Shown one piece after another: positions 48,871 through 58,519 of a DNA stretch of 64,000 nucleotides; position 1 is the stretch's first letter, and the number at the start of each line of letters is the position of its first letter. A program made the translations under genes and the position numbers. The notes beneath the pieces are model-generated. The model was not told the origin of the DNA. It searched no databases and worked only from the letters and a program-made list of their open reading frames with translations. The stretch covers positions 224,001-288,000 of the forward strand of contig CAWBZI010000002.1 of assembly GCA_963793265.1 (NCBI GenBank), read 5' to 3'. This stretch comes from an uncultured cyanobacterium. Lineage in GTDB: Bacteria; Cyanobacteriota; Cyanobacteriia; Phormidesmidales; Phormidesmidaceae.

Positions 48871-50352
48871 TTAGCCCTCAGGAACCCACACTGACACCGA
48901 TCCAGCGTTGCAGCGAAAGTCAGCCCAGCCCTGATCATTTGTCACAACAGTGTCCTTGATCCCATCCGTAATATCTACGTAAGTGCGGTTAGCCTGGCCT
49001 ACTTCCATCCACTTAGTTCCTTCATCTCCGTTACTGAGCACAACGGCCATTCCGCCCGGCTGCTCCTCGGTTCCTAATCGCGTCCAGCCCAGTGTGTTCG
49101 CATGATCGAAGTAGTCGTACTGATCGCCAAAAGCGTACGTACTTCTAGCTTCTAAAAACTTATCAATAATCCACTGATGACTGTCCATCCAAATTTCATA
49201 CTCACCACCATCTTTGCCGCTGTCTTTATAGTGTGCTCCGTAGTAATCGGCATAGAAAATGCATGGATAGCCCTCACGCCGTAGCAGAATTAGCGCATAG
49301 GCAATTGGCTTAAACCAGGCTTCTACTACCGATTCTAATGACTGTAAGGGCTGAGAGTCGTGATTATCAACGAGGGTCACCGCCAGCGCGGGCTGCTCTT
49401 TGACCAGGGTGTCGTCAAAGATAGATCGCATGTCGTAGTCTTTACCTTTTGTGCTCGCTACGCTGAAGTTGTAGTGCAAGGGCGCATCGAATAGCGCAAC
49501 ATCGCCGCCTGTCACGTCAATAAAATGGTGCAGCGCCTCGATTTCGTCAGACCAGTACTCGCCAACAGCGAACATCCGTTTGCCACTGTATTTGCGCACG
49601 TGCTTTAGCCAGCCTGGGAAGAAGCCCGCTCGAATATGCTTGACCGCATCAAAACGAAAGCCGTCAATATCAGTCGTATCGACATACCACTCGCCCCAGT
49701 TTGCCAGCTCTTTTCCGACCTCGGGATGGCTCAAGTCTAAATCGCAGCCCATTAAATAGTCAAAGCCACCTTTTTCTAAATCAACCGCATCATCAAATTG
49801 TTTGCCTTCAAAAAGATAGACGGCCTTGAAATCATCTGGAGCATACACATTGTAGTCCACCGCGTTGAAGTGCCACCAGTGCCATTCCAGCTCAGAATAC
49901 TTGCCCTGGCGACCTGGAAAAGTGAAGTGAGTCCAGGCTTTAATCGTGACTTGATCCCCAATAGGCTGGGTGCGATCGCTAGGTGCATAGGGCGTCACCT
50001 TAAACTCCTCTTCCTCATCAGCGCCTAGCTTATGATTGAGCACCACATCTGCATATATCTGGATGCCCGCATCGTGCGCTTTCTGAATTGCTGCTACGTA
50101 CTCGTCTTTTGTTCCATATTTTGTCCGCACCGATCCCTTTTGATCAAACTCACCTAGATCAAATAGATCGTATACACCGTAGCCCACGTCATAGCCACCT
50201 GCCGTTCCTTTATAAGCAGGCGGCAACCACAGCGCTGTAATACCTACTTTTGCTAGCGCCTCGGCTTTCTCGGCTACATCGTTCCATAGCTGGCCGTCTG
50301 GCTCGTTATACCAGTGAAAATATTGCATCATCACGCCATTAGGTGCAGACAT
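48871..50352 (-). CDS. Alpha-amylase (GH13, AmyA/AmyS type, no signal peptide)
   Basis: NGVMMQYFHWY, VGYGVYDLFDLGEFDQKGSVRTKYGTK, DVVLNH, GFRFDAVKH, AVGEYW and VDNHDSQP. Confidence 0.96.
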   Translation of the reverse strand: MSAPNGVMMQYFHWYNEPDGQLWNDVAEKAEALAKVGITALWLPPAYKGTAGGYDVGYGVYDLFDLGEFDQKGSVRTKYGTKDEYVAAIQKAHDAGIQIYADVVLNHKLGADEEEEFKVTPYAPSDRTQPIGDQVTIKAWTHFTFPGRQGKYSELEWHWWHFNAVDYNVYAPDDFKAVYLFEGKQFDDAVDLEKGGFDYLMGCDLDLSHPEVGKELANWGEWYVDTTDIDGFRFDAVKHIRAGFFPGWLKHVRKYSGKRMFAVGEYWSDEIEALHHFIDVTGGDVALFDAPLHYNFSVASTKGKDYDMRSIFDDTLVKEQPALAVTLVDNHDSQPLQSLESVVEAWFKPIAYALILLRREGYPCIFYADYYGAHYKDSGKDGGEYEIWMDSHQWIIDKFLEARSTYAFGDQYDYFDHANTLGWTRLGTEEQPGGMAVVLSNGDEGTKWMEVGQANRTYVDITDGIKDTVVTNDQGWADFRCNAGSVSVWVPEG

Positions 50353-50696
50353 GTCGGTACACTCCAAAAAGGGATAGAAGTTATTAGGTTATTCGCACAA
50401 TCATCCTGCCAAATCAGGAGAAGTTGTGCATGTCTAAAGACACATATTCTCTGCGCTCTATCTACAGACGAACAAACAGTTGTTATGTGCGCAAGTGCTT
50501 TCTTCAAAGTTAGCATTACTCTTTACTCAAAAATTAGCCCCTCTATATTATGCAGGGCGGGCTCTTTTCAACTGTCTGGAAATAAGCTGTTCTTTGGTCT
50601 TTTTAGCCACTTATTAGCTACATACACAGCTCAACCAAAAGCCCTAGAATAAAGCATTGTTATTCCCCAGCCCGTAGGCTGAGCGTTGCTTCACAC

Positions 50697-51911
50697 ATGC
50701 TCTCCACTATTAAAGAAATTGCCGATAAGATCTCACCGCGCCTGATCGATATTCGCCGCCACATCCATGCTCATCCTGAACTGAGCGGACAGGAATACAA
50801 AACCGCTGCCTACGTCTCTGGCGTGCTCTCCTCCTGTGGGTATCAGGTGCAGGAAATGGTAGGCAAAACGGGCGTTGTCGCGGAGCTAGAGGGGAAAAAT
50901 CGCCCCCACAAAAACGTCCTTGCTATCCGCACTGACATGGACGCTTTGCCCATTGTCGAAAAAAACGACCTGCCCTTTATCTCTAAGAGCCCCGGCATTA
51001 TGCACGCCTGCGGTCATGACGTTCACACCACCGTCGGCCTGGGCACCGCAATGGTACTCTCCGAACTCACGCAGGCTAGCGACACGCCCTTTCTCAGCAC
51101 GACGCGCTTCCTCTTTCAGCCTGCCGAGGAAACCTCGCAGGGGGCCAAATGGATGATCGAAGACGGGGTGATGAATAATGTAGCTGCTATTCTTGGGGTT
51201 CACGTTTTTCCTAGCATCCCAGCAGGCGTGATTGGCCTGCGCCAGGGGCCGCTGACCGCTGCGGCTGACGACCTTGAGATTGTGATTTTTGGTGAGTCAG
51301 GCCACGGGGCGCGCCCGCATGAGGCGATTGACGCGATTTGGATTGCCGCGCAGGTGATCACGGTGCTGCAGCAGTCTATTAGCCGCACGATTAATCCGCT
51401 GCATCCTGCTGTCATTACAATTGGTCAAATATCAGGGGGTCGTGCGCCGAATGTGATTGCCGATCAGGTGCGGTTGACAGGAACCGTGCGATCGCTCCAT
51501 GCTGACACTCACGCCCTGCTCCCTGAGTGGATCGAAAAGATTGCCACCGATGTGTGCCGCCTCCATGGCGCGACCTGCACTGTGAAATACGTTCGCCGCT
51601 GCACTTCGGTATTAAACAATCCTGACCTGACGAATCTGGTTGCGACCTGCGCGACTGAGGCTTTAGGACGCGATCGCATTCAATGGATAGCGGACGCTTC
51701 TATGGGCGCAGAAGACTTCGCTAACTACACAGACATTGCCCCTGGCACTATGTTCCGTCTCGGCGTCGGCTTTGAGGGCCGCACCAACTATCCGCTTCAC
51801 CACTCCCAGTTTGAAATTCAAGAAGACGCCCTGCTAGCTGGGGTAGTCACGATGGCCTACAGTGCCTACCGCTACTGGCAGCGTGCCTCAGAAGTTGCAA
51901 AAGTTGTCTAG
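50697..51911 (+). CDS. M20D amidohydrolase (N-acyl-L-amino acid amidohydrolase type)
   Basis: RRHIHAHPELS, RTDMDALP, MHACGHD, FQPAEE, GHGARPH and AEDF. Confidence 0.93.
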   Translation: MLSTIKEIADKISPRLIDIRRHIHAHPELSGQEYKTAAYVSGVLSSCGYQVQEMVGKTGVVAELEGKNRPHKNVLAIRTDMDALPIVEKNDLPFISKSPGIMHACGHDVHTTVGLGTAMVLSELTQASDTPFLSTTRFLFQPAEETSQGAKWMIEDGVMNNVAAILGVHVFPSIPAGVIGLRQGPLTAAADDLEIVIFGESGHGARPHEAIDAIWIAAQVITVLQQSISRTINPLHPAVITIGQISGGRAPNVIADQVRLTGTVRSLHADTHALLPEWIEKIATDVCRLHGATCTVKYVRRCTSVLNNPDLTNLVATCATEALGRDRIQWIADASMGAEDFANYTDIAPGTMFRLGVGFEGRTNYPLHHSQFEIQEDALLAGVVTMAYSAYRYWQRASEVAKVV

Positions 51912-52087
51912 AATACGTCTTTAGATAGAGGAAACGTAAGTAAGCCTCCCTAAAAGGATGTATATCTGCAAATTTCTCCCTCTTAATGTTAAAAAAACTA
52001 CAAATCTTGCACCACGGATATAGGTAGTCACTACATTTTTAATGTTGCAATACACCTACTGTTAAGTTAAGGATCTGTGAAAATCAT

Positions 52088-52525
52088 ATGACTTTCTTTC
52101 AACGCAGCCGTCGCAGGCTTGCTGCTATCGCTACTGCGCTCTCACTCGTACTGTTGCTAACGGTGACGACGGGCTGTTCGTCTACTGCTACCGTTGATGC
52201 ACCGCCTTCTAGCAGCGTAGGCTACAGCCAGCTAGAGCGTGGAAACTCCGTCGCCGGTCAGGAGTATGGTGACTGGGTAGTAGGCGCAGCAAAGGGTCTG
52301 GTATCTGATGCCTACGTGCGAGACAACAACAAACTCGGCGTGGTGATTACCGATGACGTTCGCCCCAGCGAAGTCAGAGATCTTTCTAAGTCTTTGTTGC
52401 AAGGCTTCCGCCAAAGCTTTCCAAATAAAGACCTCACCGTACTGGTATATGCGCCTGACAAAGAGCTTATATTGACGGCAAACTACGACTCACAAACTAA
52501 TGAAGTGGAATACGAAGCAGGCTAG
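52088..52525 (+). CDS. Hypothetical lipoprotein
   Basis: Basic N-terminus, hydrophobic stretch and TTGC lipobox; AAGGA upstream. Confidence 0.75.
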   Translation: MTFFQRSRRRLAAIATALSLVLLLTVTTGCSSTATVDAPPSSSVGYSQLERGNSVAGQEYGDWVVGAAKGLVSDAYVRDNNKLGVVITDDVRPSEVRDLSKSLLQGFRQSFPNKDLTVLVYAPDKELILTANYDSQTNEVEYEAG

Positions 52526-52600
52526 CTAGCCGCCTTCTATCCTTCTTATCTAGCCTTTTCAAACAAGGCTAATATCATCAATTTTTGGAGCATACCCCCC

Positions 52601-53119
52601 ATGTCTAGTAGCGATAAATATAAACGCGAGATTATGAAAGATCTCGCCGCTGGTAATAAGGAAGTCTTGGAGCCTAACGGTAACGATTCTCTTGGCGAGA
52701 AATATAGCAGCTTTGATGAATTCGCTGATAGGTCTTCTCGCGACGAGCGTCACGGCCTGATTAAGCGATCTTTCCACCCGGAGCGTGTCCCTGCGGCCCA
52801 AATGGATCCTGAGCTGCGCGAAGCCGTTTCTAAGATTAAGCCTAACGAACGCGACGACGTTGCCCGCGACTTCTTTAAACACTTTAAAGAGAGAGGCTTG
52901 AGCGATCGCGATCTCGAAAAGCAGCTTGGTCTATCCACGCACAGCGCGCGCAAAATGAACGCTGATGACGTGAGCAAGCTAGCCTCTTTCGCTTACACCG
53001 CGCACCCTGATATCTTCCAAGAAGTGCTTGCCGATCAGCCTGCTATTCTCAAGTTTTTGAGCAATCCTTTAGTGGGTGCGGCGATTGGGGCGATCGCCTC
53101 TAAGTGGCTTCGCAAATAG
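52601..53119 (+). CDS. Hypothetical protein with a C-terminal amphipathic/hydrophobic tail
   Basis: 172-aa ORF with protein-like composition, followed by a terminator. Confidence 0.75.
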   Translation: MSSSDKYKREIMKDLAAGNKEVLEPNGNDSLGEKYSSFDEFADRSSRDERHGLIKRSFHPERVPAAQMDPELREAVSKIKPNERDDVARDFFKHFKERGLSDRDLEKQLGLSTHSARKMNADDVSKLASFAYTAHPDIFQEVLADQPAILKFLSNPLVGAAIGAIASKWLRK

Positions 53120-53199
53120 CGTGATCGGTAGCGTAGACAAAGCGCAGATCGTACCTGTATAGACATAAGGATATGTCTAACAGGTTAACTACATAGTGT

Positions 53200-53227
53200 A
53201 AAAAAGGTGCCAGAAGGCACCTTTTTT
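53200..53227 (+). terminator. Intrinsic terminator (bidirectional shape)
   Basis: AAAAAAGGTGCC-AGAA-GGCACCTTTTTT. Confidence 0.85.
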
Positions 53228-53271
53228 CGTGAGTACTAAACGATAGAATTTAACTGCTATTTTGAGATGAT

Positions 53272-54174
53272 ATGACCGATCAAACTTTTAATCCGTTCGC
53301 ACCTGGCCCATTACTAATCGCCGGGGCTGCTGCTGGGAGCCTAGCGGCGATCGCCTATGCGGGTGCTTGCTTTGCCCTCTACAGCTACCAAAGGAACCTA
53401 ATCTTTCTCCCGCGCCCCCATATCATCTACACCCCCAATGAGGTCGATTTGCCCTACGAGGACGTTTGGATACCTACCCAATCAGCTGCCGAAAAGCTCC
53501 ATGCCTGGTGGCTTCCGAATCCTAGCAGCAGTCAAACCCTCCTTTTTTGCCATGGCAACTACGGCAATATCAGCTACAACCTGGAGCGGCTAAAGTTTTA
53601 CTACGATCTAGGGTTTTCTATCCTTGCTTTTGACTACCGTGGATACGGTCAAAGCATTAGTAGCACAGCGCCTCTCCCTACCGAAGAAAGCGTCTGCGCT
53701 GATGCCGAAACCGCTTGGAACTACCTGACGAACCGCCGCGACATTGCACCCGAAAATATCACCATCATGGGGCACTCAATGGGTGGCGCTGTCGCTATCG
53801 ATTTGGCAGCGCGACACCCTGATGCTGCTCGCCTGATTGTCAAAAGCTCCTTTACCACCATGCAAGACGCGGTTCTAGCTAGACAGATCTACCGCTTCTT
53901 TCCCATACAGCAGCTCCTCACCGAACCTTTTGATTCGCTTAGCAAAGCTAAGTATCTACAGATGCCTGTCCTCTACGTTCACGGCGATCAAGACTTTGAC
54001 GTGCCTGCCGATATGAGCCAGCGCCTTTACGATGCGACGCCTGAGCCTAAAGAGATTTGGATTGCGGAAGGCGCAGATCACAACAACATTTCGACGGTGA
54101 CGGGCGATCGCTATAAAGCTGTTATCCAATCGTTTTGTAACAGCAGGCAAAGAAAACCTGTGCTTACTGCATAG
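53272..54174 (+). CDS. Alpha/beta hydrolase with N-terminal membrane anchor
   Basis: HGNYGN, FDYRGYGQS, GHSMGG, HGDQD and ADHN. Confidence 0.9.
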   Translation: MTDQTFNPFAPGPLLIAGAAAGSLAAIAYAGACFALYSYQRNLIFLPRPHIIYTPNEVDLPYEDVWIPTQSAAEKLHAWWLPNPSSSQTLLFCHGNYGNISYNLERLKFYYDLGFSILAFDYRGYGQSISSTAPLPTEESVCADAETAWNYLTNRRDIAPENITIMGHSMGGAVAIDLAARHPDAARLIVKSSFTTMQDAVLARQIYRFFPIQQLLTEPFDSLSKAKYLQMPVLYVHGDQDFDVPADMSQRLYDATPEPKEIWIAEGADHNNISTVTGDRYKAVIQSFCNSRQRKPVLTA

Positions 54175-54256
54175 ACCAGACCTGCTGACCGAAATCGAGA
54201 GACTTGTGTATGATGTCTAACGAAGCAAAATCCACACAGGCTCATACATAGGCTCA

Positions 54257-55885
54257 ATGTTTCAGCACCTTTTCTCTGCTCTAAAAACAACGACGCTAGG
54301 CTGTGCGACGGCTTTGCTTGTCGCTTTACCGTCACAAGCGGCCGATAACATTCGGTTTCGCTACGGCCTGTTTGAAGTTACTGTTACTCGCCAAGAGCTT
54401 GAAACATACGCTGAAACGGGCACTGCTGAAGGCGGCTTAAAAACAGTTCTTTCCCGATTGAGCCCTGGTATTCAGTCGCAGCTTCAAACCTCTCTTCAGG
54501 CGCGCTATCCAATCGATCCTATTTTGGCGAACCGATTTTCCTATACTGGCTCAGGCGTACAGCTTCTCACCGAAGCCGGTAATCTTGTGCGAACGGCCTC
54601 GGGGCTTAACGGATTTAAAGGCTTACGCGGCGCGCTGACGCTATCGGCCTCTGACCCGAGAGGACTCACACTACTCAACTTTATTGAAGCTTTTCCTACA
54701 GATATTCAGATCAATATTGGTCAAGCTCTAGATCTTGCTAATGGCTATGGTGAGCTGTTAGGACAAACGCAGCAAATAGTAGAACAGCTAGTGGTGCAGA
54801 CGGATGCGATCGCTGCTACTGAATCTTCAACAAACTTCAGTACCCTTCCAGATCCCAGAGCTTTGGGCGGGCAAGAGGTCGCTATGCAAACGCTGACGCT
54901 TTATGATGACCGGCGCGATCGCACCATTCTCACTGACTTTTACACGCCCATATCGCAAGATTCGGACATTCCTGTGATTGTTGTTTCTAATGGACTCGGT
55001 GCAAAGCGCAGTCGGTTTAATGAGCTAGGCGTGCATTTGGCTTCTCACGGATTTGCGGTGGCGCTGATTGATCATCCGGGGAGCGATCGCGAACGCCTTA
55101 GAGACTTTTACGAAGGCCAGCAGTCCGAAAACTTTGAAGCCTCAGAATATGTTGATCGCCCTTTAGACGTTAGCTTTGTGCTCGACGAACTCACACGCCT
55201 AAACGCCAGTACTTTCAACAACCAGCTAAACCCAGATCGAGCAGGTGTCTTTGGCTACTCCTTTGGCGGCACTACAGCCCTTGCCCTTGCTGGGGCTGAG
55301 ATTGATCGCGATCATCTCCAACAAGAATGCGATACCCGCAACAGCTTGTATAATATCTCTCTTTTATACCAGTGCCGCGCAATCGACTTACCCGAAGCGG
55401 CCACAAACGTCAGCTTTAGAGACAATCGCGTCAAAGCCGTCTACGTTTTTGTGCCCTTTAGCCGCAGCCTCTATGGCCCCGAGGGCATGGCTCAAGTAGA
55501 AACGCCTGTGATGTGGGAAGCTACCGACAAGGACATTCTCACGCCTTTGCTGATAGAACAGCTTCCTTCTTACTCATGGATGACTGCAAACAATGCTGAT
55601 GAAAGCGACCAATATCTAGTGATCACATCCGGCTTGCCTCACGCTCGAATCACCTTAGAAGTGCTTAATCGCATCACGGGCGAAGCGACAAAATGGGAAG
55701 ATATCAAACCCATTGCAGAAACCTATCACCACATGCTAAACACGGCTTTTTTTCAGGTGCACTTAGCTGAAGACGAAACCTATAGCCCCTACCTTCAGGC
55801 CCAAGGCGCGCAATATCTCACGCAAGCGCCCTATAACCTTACTTGGACAGAAGATTCGCTACCGTCAGAACTTATGGATGATTGA
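54257..55885 (+). CDS. Exported DUF1400 + alpha/beta hydrolase protein
   Basis: Signal ending SQAA, DUF1400-like N-domain, IDHPGS, DRPLDVSFVLDEL and GYSFGG. Confidence 0.85.
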   Translation: MFQHLFSALKTTTLGCATALLVALPSQAADNIRFRYGLFEVTVTRQELETYAETGTAEGGLKTVLSRLSPGIQSQLQTSLQARYPIDPILANRFSYTGSGVQLLTEAGNLVRTASGLNGFKGLRGALTLSASDPRGLTLLNFIEAFPTDIQINIGQALDLANGYGELLGQTQQIVEQLVVQTDAIAATESSTNFSTLPDPRALGGQEVAMQTLTLYDDRRDRTILTDFYTPISQDSDIPVIVVSNGLGAKRSRFNELGVHLASHGFAVALIDHPGSDRERLRDFYEGQQSENFEASEYVDRPLDVSFVLDELTRLNASTFNNQLNPDRAGVFGYSFGGTTALALAGAEIDRDHLQQECDTRNSLYNISLLYQCRAIDLPEAATNVSFRDNRVKAVYVFVPFSRSLYGPEGMAQVETPVMWEATDKDILTPLLIEQLPSYSWMTANNADESDQYLVITSGLPHARITLEVLNRITGEATKWEDIKPIAETYHHMLNTAFFQVHLAEDETYSPYLQAQGAQYLTQAPYNLTWTEDSLPSELMDD

Positions 55886-55891
55886 AGATAT

Positions 55892-57649
55892 TTACTTCGA
55901 TAGTTGAGCGATACAGCTAGCCTCTAAAACGATCAGATTTGCCTCTGTGACCGTTGAGCAGGACGGTATGGTGCGGGCGATCGCAGGTTCTAGCCCCTGC
56001 TGTAGTGATTCTTTTGCATCTACTACGAGCGATCGCACCGAACTCCCTAACAGCCAGCTTTGCCCATCAAGATAATCAGGCTCCGCGAAATTCTGAGCCA
56101 CAATCCAAATATCAACTCCATACTTTTCAATAAAAGTTTGCACGGTGCTTAAATCTGTACTGTATTGCGCTTCTACTAATGCCTCTGCCCGCTGCCTCAT
56201 TTCACTATAAAACTCAACATGAAACGGAAGCGCAAATTCTCTCCCTACCAGCACTGAACGCTCAGAAAATGCGGGTACGTTGTCGTTTACCTCTGCAACT
56301 AGAGACGCTACCAAGCTATCTTTAGGAGCGCGCGCTATGAACTCGAAAATGTCCGGTGTTGTGCCGATCCGCCAGCCCTGGCCACCTAAAAAGAGAAAGG
56401 GGACGGCAGGCGTGATGATGACAGCGATCGCAAATGATATGCTTAGCCAAACTTTAGCATGGCGCAACAGTGCCCACTGTCTGATTTGCCATTGTTTGCT
56501 CAACCACTTTAGCCATTCACTCAGCACCAGCGTGAGCATAATGCCCGAAGCTATGATAAGCGCGAACCTGGCGCTGTAAAAAGAATAGCGACTCGGTAGA
56601 AATAAAACGGGGAAAATCAGATGGGCTAGAAAGAACAGACTCGTTGCTGATAGCGTGAGGTCGGCCAGCACTCTAACGTTTGGGGTGATACGAGCAGCTA
56701 GCGAAAAAGTCTTTTGAAAACGCGAGTTTATAAACGCCAGAGGTAGTAGAAATCCTAGTAAGATGATGGGCGGCAGTAAAGGGAAGCGAATGCCGCTAGA
56801 GCCTGTGAATAGAAAGTCTGAGAGTGAAACACTAAAATATTCGCCGCGTCCGTCTTGCTGAAATTCGGGCCAAGCTCTCATCTCGCTAAGGTTGGTGAGC
56901 CGCCCTACCTGATCGGCTACCTGGCTAGAGAAGAATAGCAAAAGCCCCCCGGTGATGATAAATGCGATGAGCCAAGCACCATAATCTTGAAAGCGTTTCG
57001 GTAGCGCTGGCCTGTATCCATTCCATCTGATAAGTCTGAAGGTTAGAAGGCCCAAGGAGACTAACATCATCTGAGGGTAGAACAGTCCCAGTAATCCTAA
57101 GGTCAGCAGATAAAACAGTTTTTTGTCTTGCAGCAGGTAGTACAAGAATGCGGCGAAGATTGGATAGATAAACGATCTGGGTGCTGTTGCGATCAGATCG
57201 TCTCTGATCCAGATGTTCTGATTGAGCAAGAGGGTGGTGAGTAGGCCGCTGATGGGGACGGGCAAAATCATGAGCGCTACCCAGTATAGGTAGGCGGTTG
57301 CGATCGCACCCAATATCAAAGGTGCAAATTTCGCAAACGTCAGCGGCTCAACGCCAAGTGCAGCTACAATACCAAACAAAAATTTGTAGCCCACAGGCTG
57401 AATAGCGCCGAAGTAAAACGCCATCGGATCGTTTGGGAACAAAGCCGGATCGATGAGGCGCTGTAGCCAAACCACATGGATGCGAGCATCGTCTTGGACG
57501 ACATAATTAGAGGCAGTTGCATAAAAAAGAGAGATTAGCCCGAAGTATAAAGGGGCAATAAAACTCAGGCCAAACCAAAAGGCCACCACCGGATCTTTGA
57601 GGGAAGGCTGGGAGGGCAGTCGCTTAAATCCAGACTTGAGCGCGTTCAT
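55892..57649 (-). CDS. Multi-pass membrane protein, possible GT-C-type transferase
   Basis: N-terminal TM then VVQDDARIHV...DPALFPND, many TM segments, LFLPSRY and a soluble C-terminal domain. Confidence 0.6.
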   Translation of the reverse strand: MNALKSGFKRLPSQPSLKDPVVAFWFGLSFIAPLYFGLISLFYATASNYVVQDDARIHVVWLQRLIDPALFPNDPMAFYFGAIQPVGYKFLFGIVAALGVEPLTFAKFAPLILGAIATAYLYWVALMILPVPISGLLTTLLLNQNIWIRDDLIATAPRSFIYPIFAAFLYYLLQDKKLFYLLTLGLLGLFYPQMMLVSLGLLTFRLIRWNGYRPALPKRFQDYGAWLIAFIITGGLLLFFSSQVADQVGRLTNLSEMRAWPEFQQDGRGEYFSVSLSDFLFTGSSGIRFPLLPPIILLGFLLPLAFINSRFQKTFSLAARITPNVRVLADLTLSATSLFFLAHLIFPVLFLPSRYSFYSARFALIIASGIMLTLVLSEWLKWLSKQWQIRQWALLRHAKVWLSISFAIAVIITPAVPFLFLGGQGWRIGTTPDIFEFIARAPKDSLVASLVAEVNDNVPAFSERSVLVGREFALPFHVEFYSEMRQRAEALVEAQYSTDLSTVQTFIEKYGVDIWIVAQNFAEPDYLDGQSWLLGSSVRSLVVDAKESLQQGLEPAIARTIPSCSTVTEANLIVLEASCIAQLSK

Positions 57650-57713
57650 AGAAATATTTGTGGGGCCAAAAATCAGTAATGATATACTACGCTCCCAAGG
57701 CCGTTAGTTAAGA

Positions 57714-58442
57714 GTGAAGCTGTCAATGGAATGCCCGCAAGATGTATGGCTCGATCAGCTACAGTCAGCGACACACTACAACCAGTGGATTTTTTCTCAG
57801 ATTCAGCCTCACCTCAAAGGGCGCACGTTAGAGGTTGGCTGCGGTAACGGCAACTTCACAGCGCTAATTGCTCAGCAGTGCCCTCAGCTCGTGGCAGTAG
57901 ACCTTAACGCCGACTACGTTGAGCAGACTAAAGCCCGCCTACAGTCGTACGAACACGTGAGCGTTTTGACGGCTGATGCGACTCAGCTAGACGATGCACA
58001 AATAGGCGGCGCGCAAACCTTCGACACCATTATCTTGCTAGACGTGCTAGAGCATATCGAAAACGACGTTGAACTACTCCAACGACTGCGACGTTCTCTT
58101 GCACCTGACGGCACACTGCTATTAAAAGTGCCTGCTCTTGATTATTTATACAATTCTTTAGACGAAGCGGTCGGTCACCATCGACGCTATACGCTACAAA
58201 CGCTAAAAGAGTCTTTTACCCGTGCGGCTTTTGCAGAGCCCACGATCAAATACTTCAATATGGTCGGCATTTTAGGCTGGTGGCTGAACGGCGCGGTACT
58301 TAAGCGTACGAATCCGCCCGGACAACAGGTGGGTCTGTTCGACCGATGCGTGCCCTTGTTTCAGGCTGTAGAAGCTAACTTGCCTTGCCCTGTAGGGCTG
58401 TCTTTGTTCGCGACAGCATCCCCTCAGCCTGCCCGTCCGTAA
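57714..58442 (+). CDS. Class I SAM-dependent methyltransferase
   Basis: LEVGCGNG, DVLEHIEND and DEAVGHHRRY. Alternative start ATG 57726. Confidence 0.9.
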   Translation: MKLSMECPQDVWLDQLQSATHYNQWIFSQIQPHLKGRTLEVGCGNGNFTALIAQQCPQLVAVDLNADYVEQTKARLQSYEHVSVLTADATQLDDAQIGGAQTFDTIILLDVLEHIENDVELLQRLRRSLAPDGTLLLKVPALDYLYNSLDEAVGHHRRYTLQTLKESFTRAAFAEPTIKYFNMVGILGWWLNGAVLKRTNPPGQQVGLFDRCVPLFQAVEANLPCPVGLSLFATASPQPARP

Positions 58443-58519
58443 GCTAGGGCAATTTGGAGACGGGTCTGAGAGCAGGCTATAATCCGTCTGAATTGTCGCC
58501 CTTTCACTCACCTTTTTAC

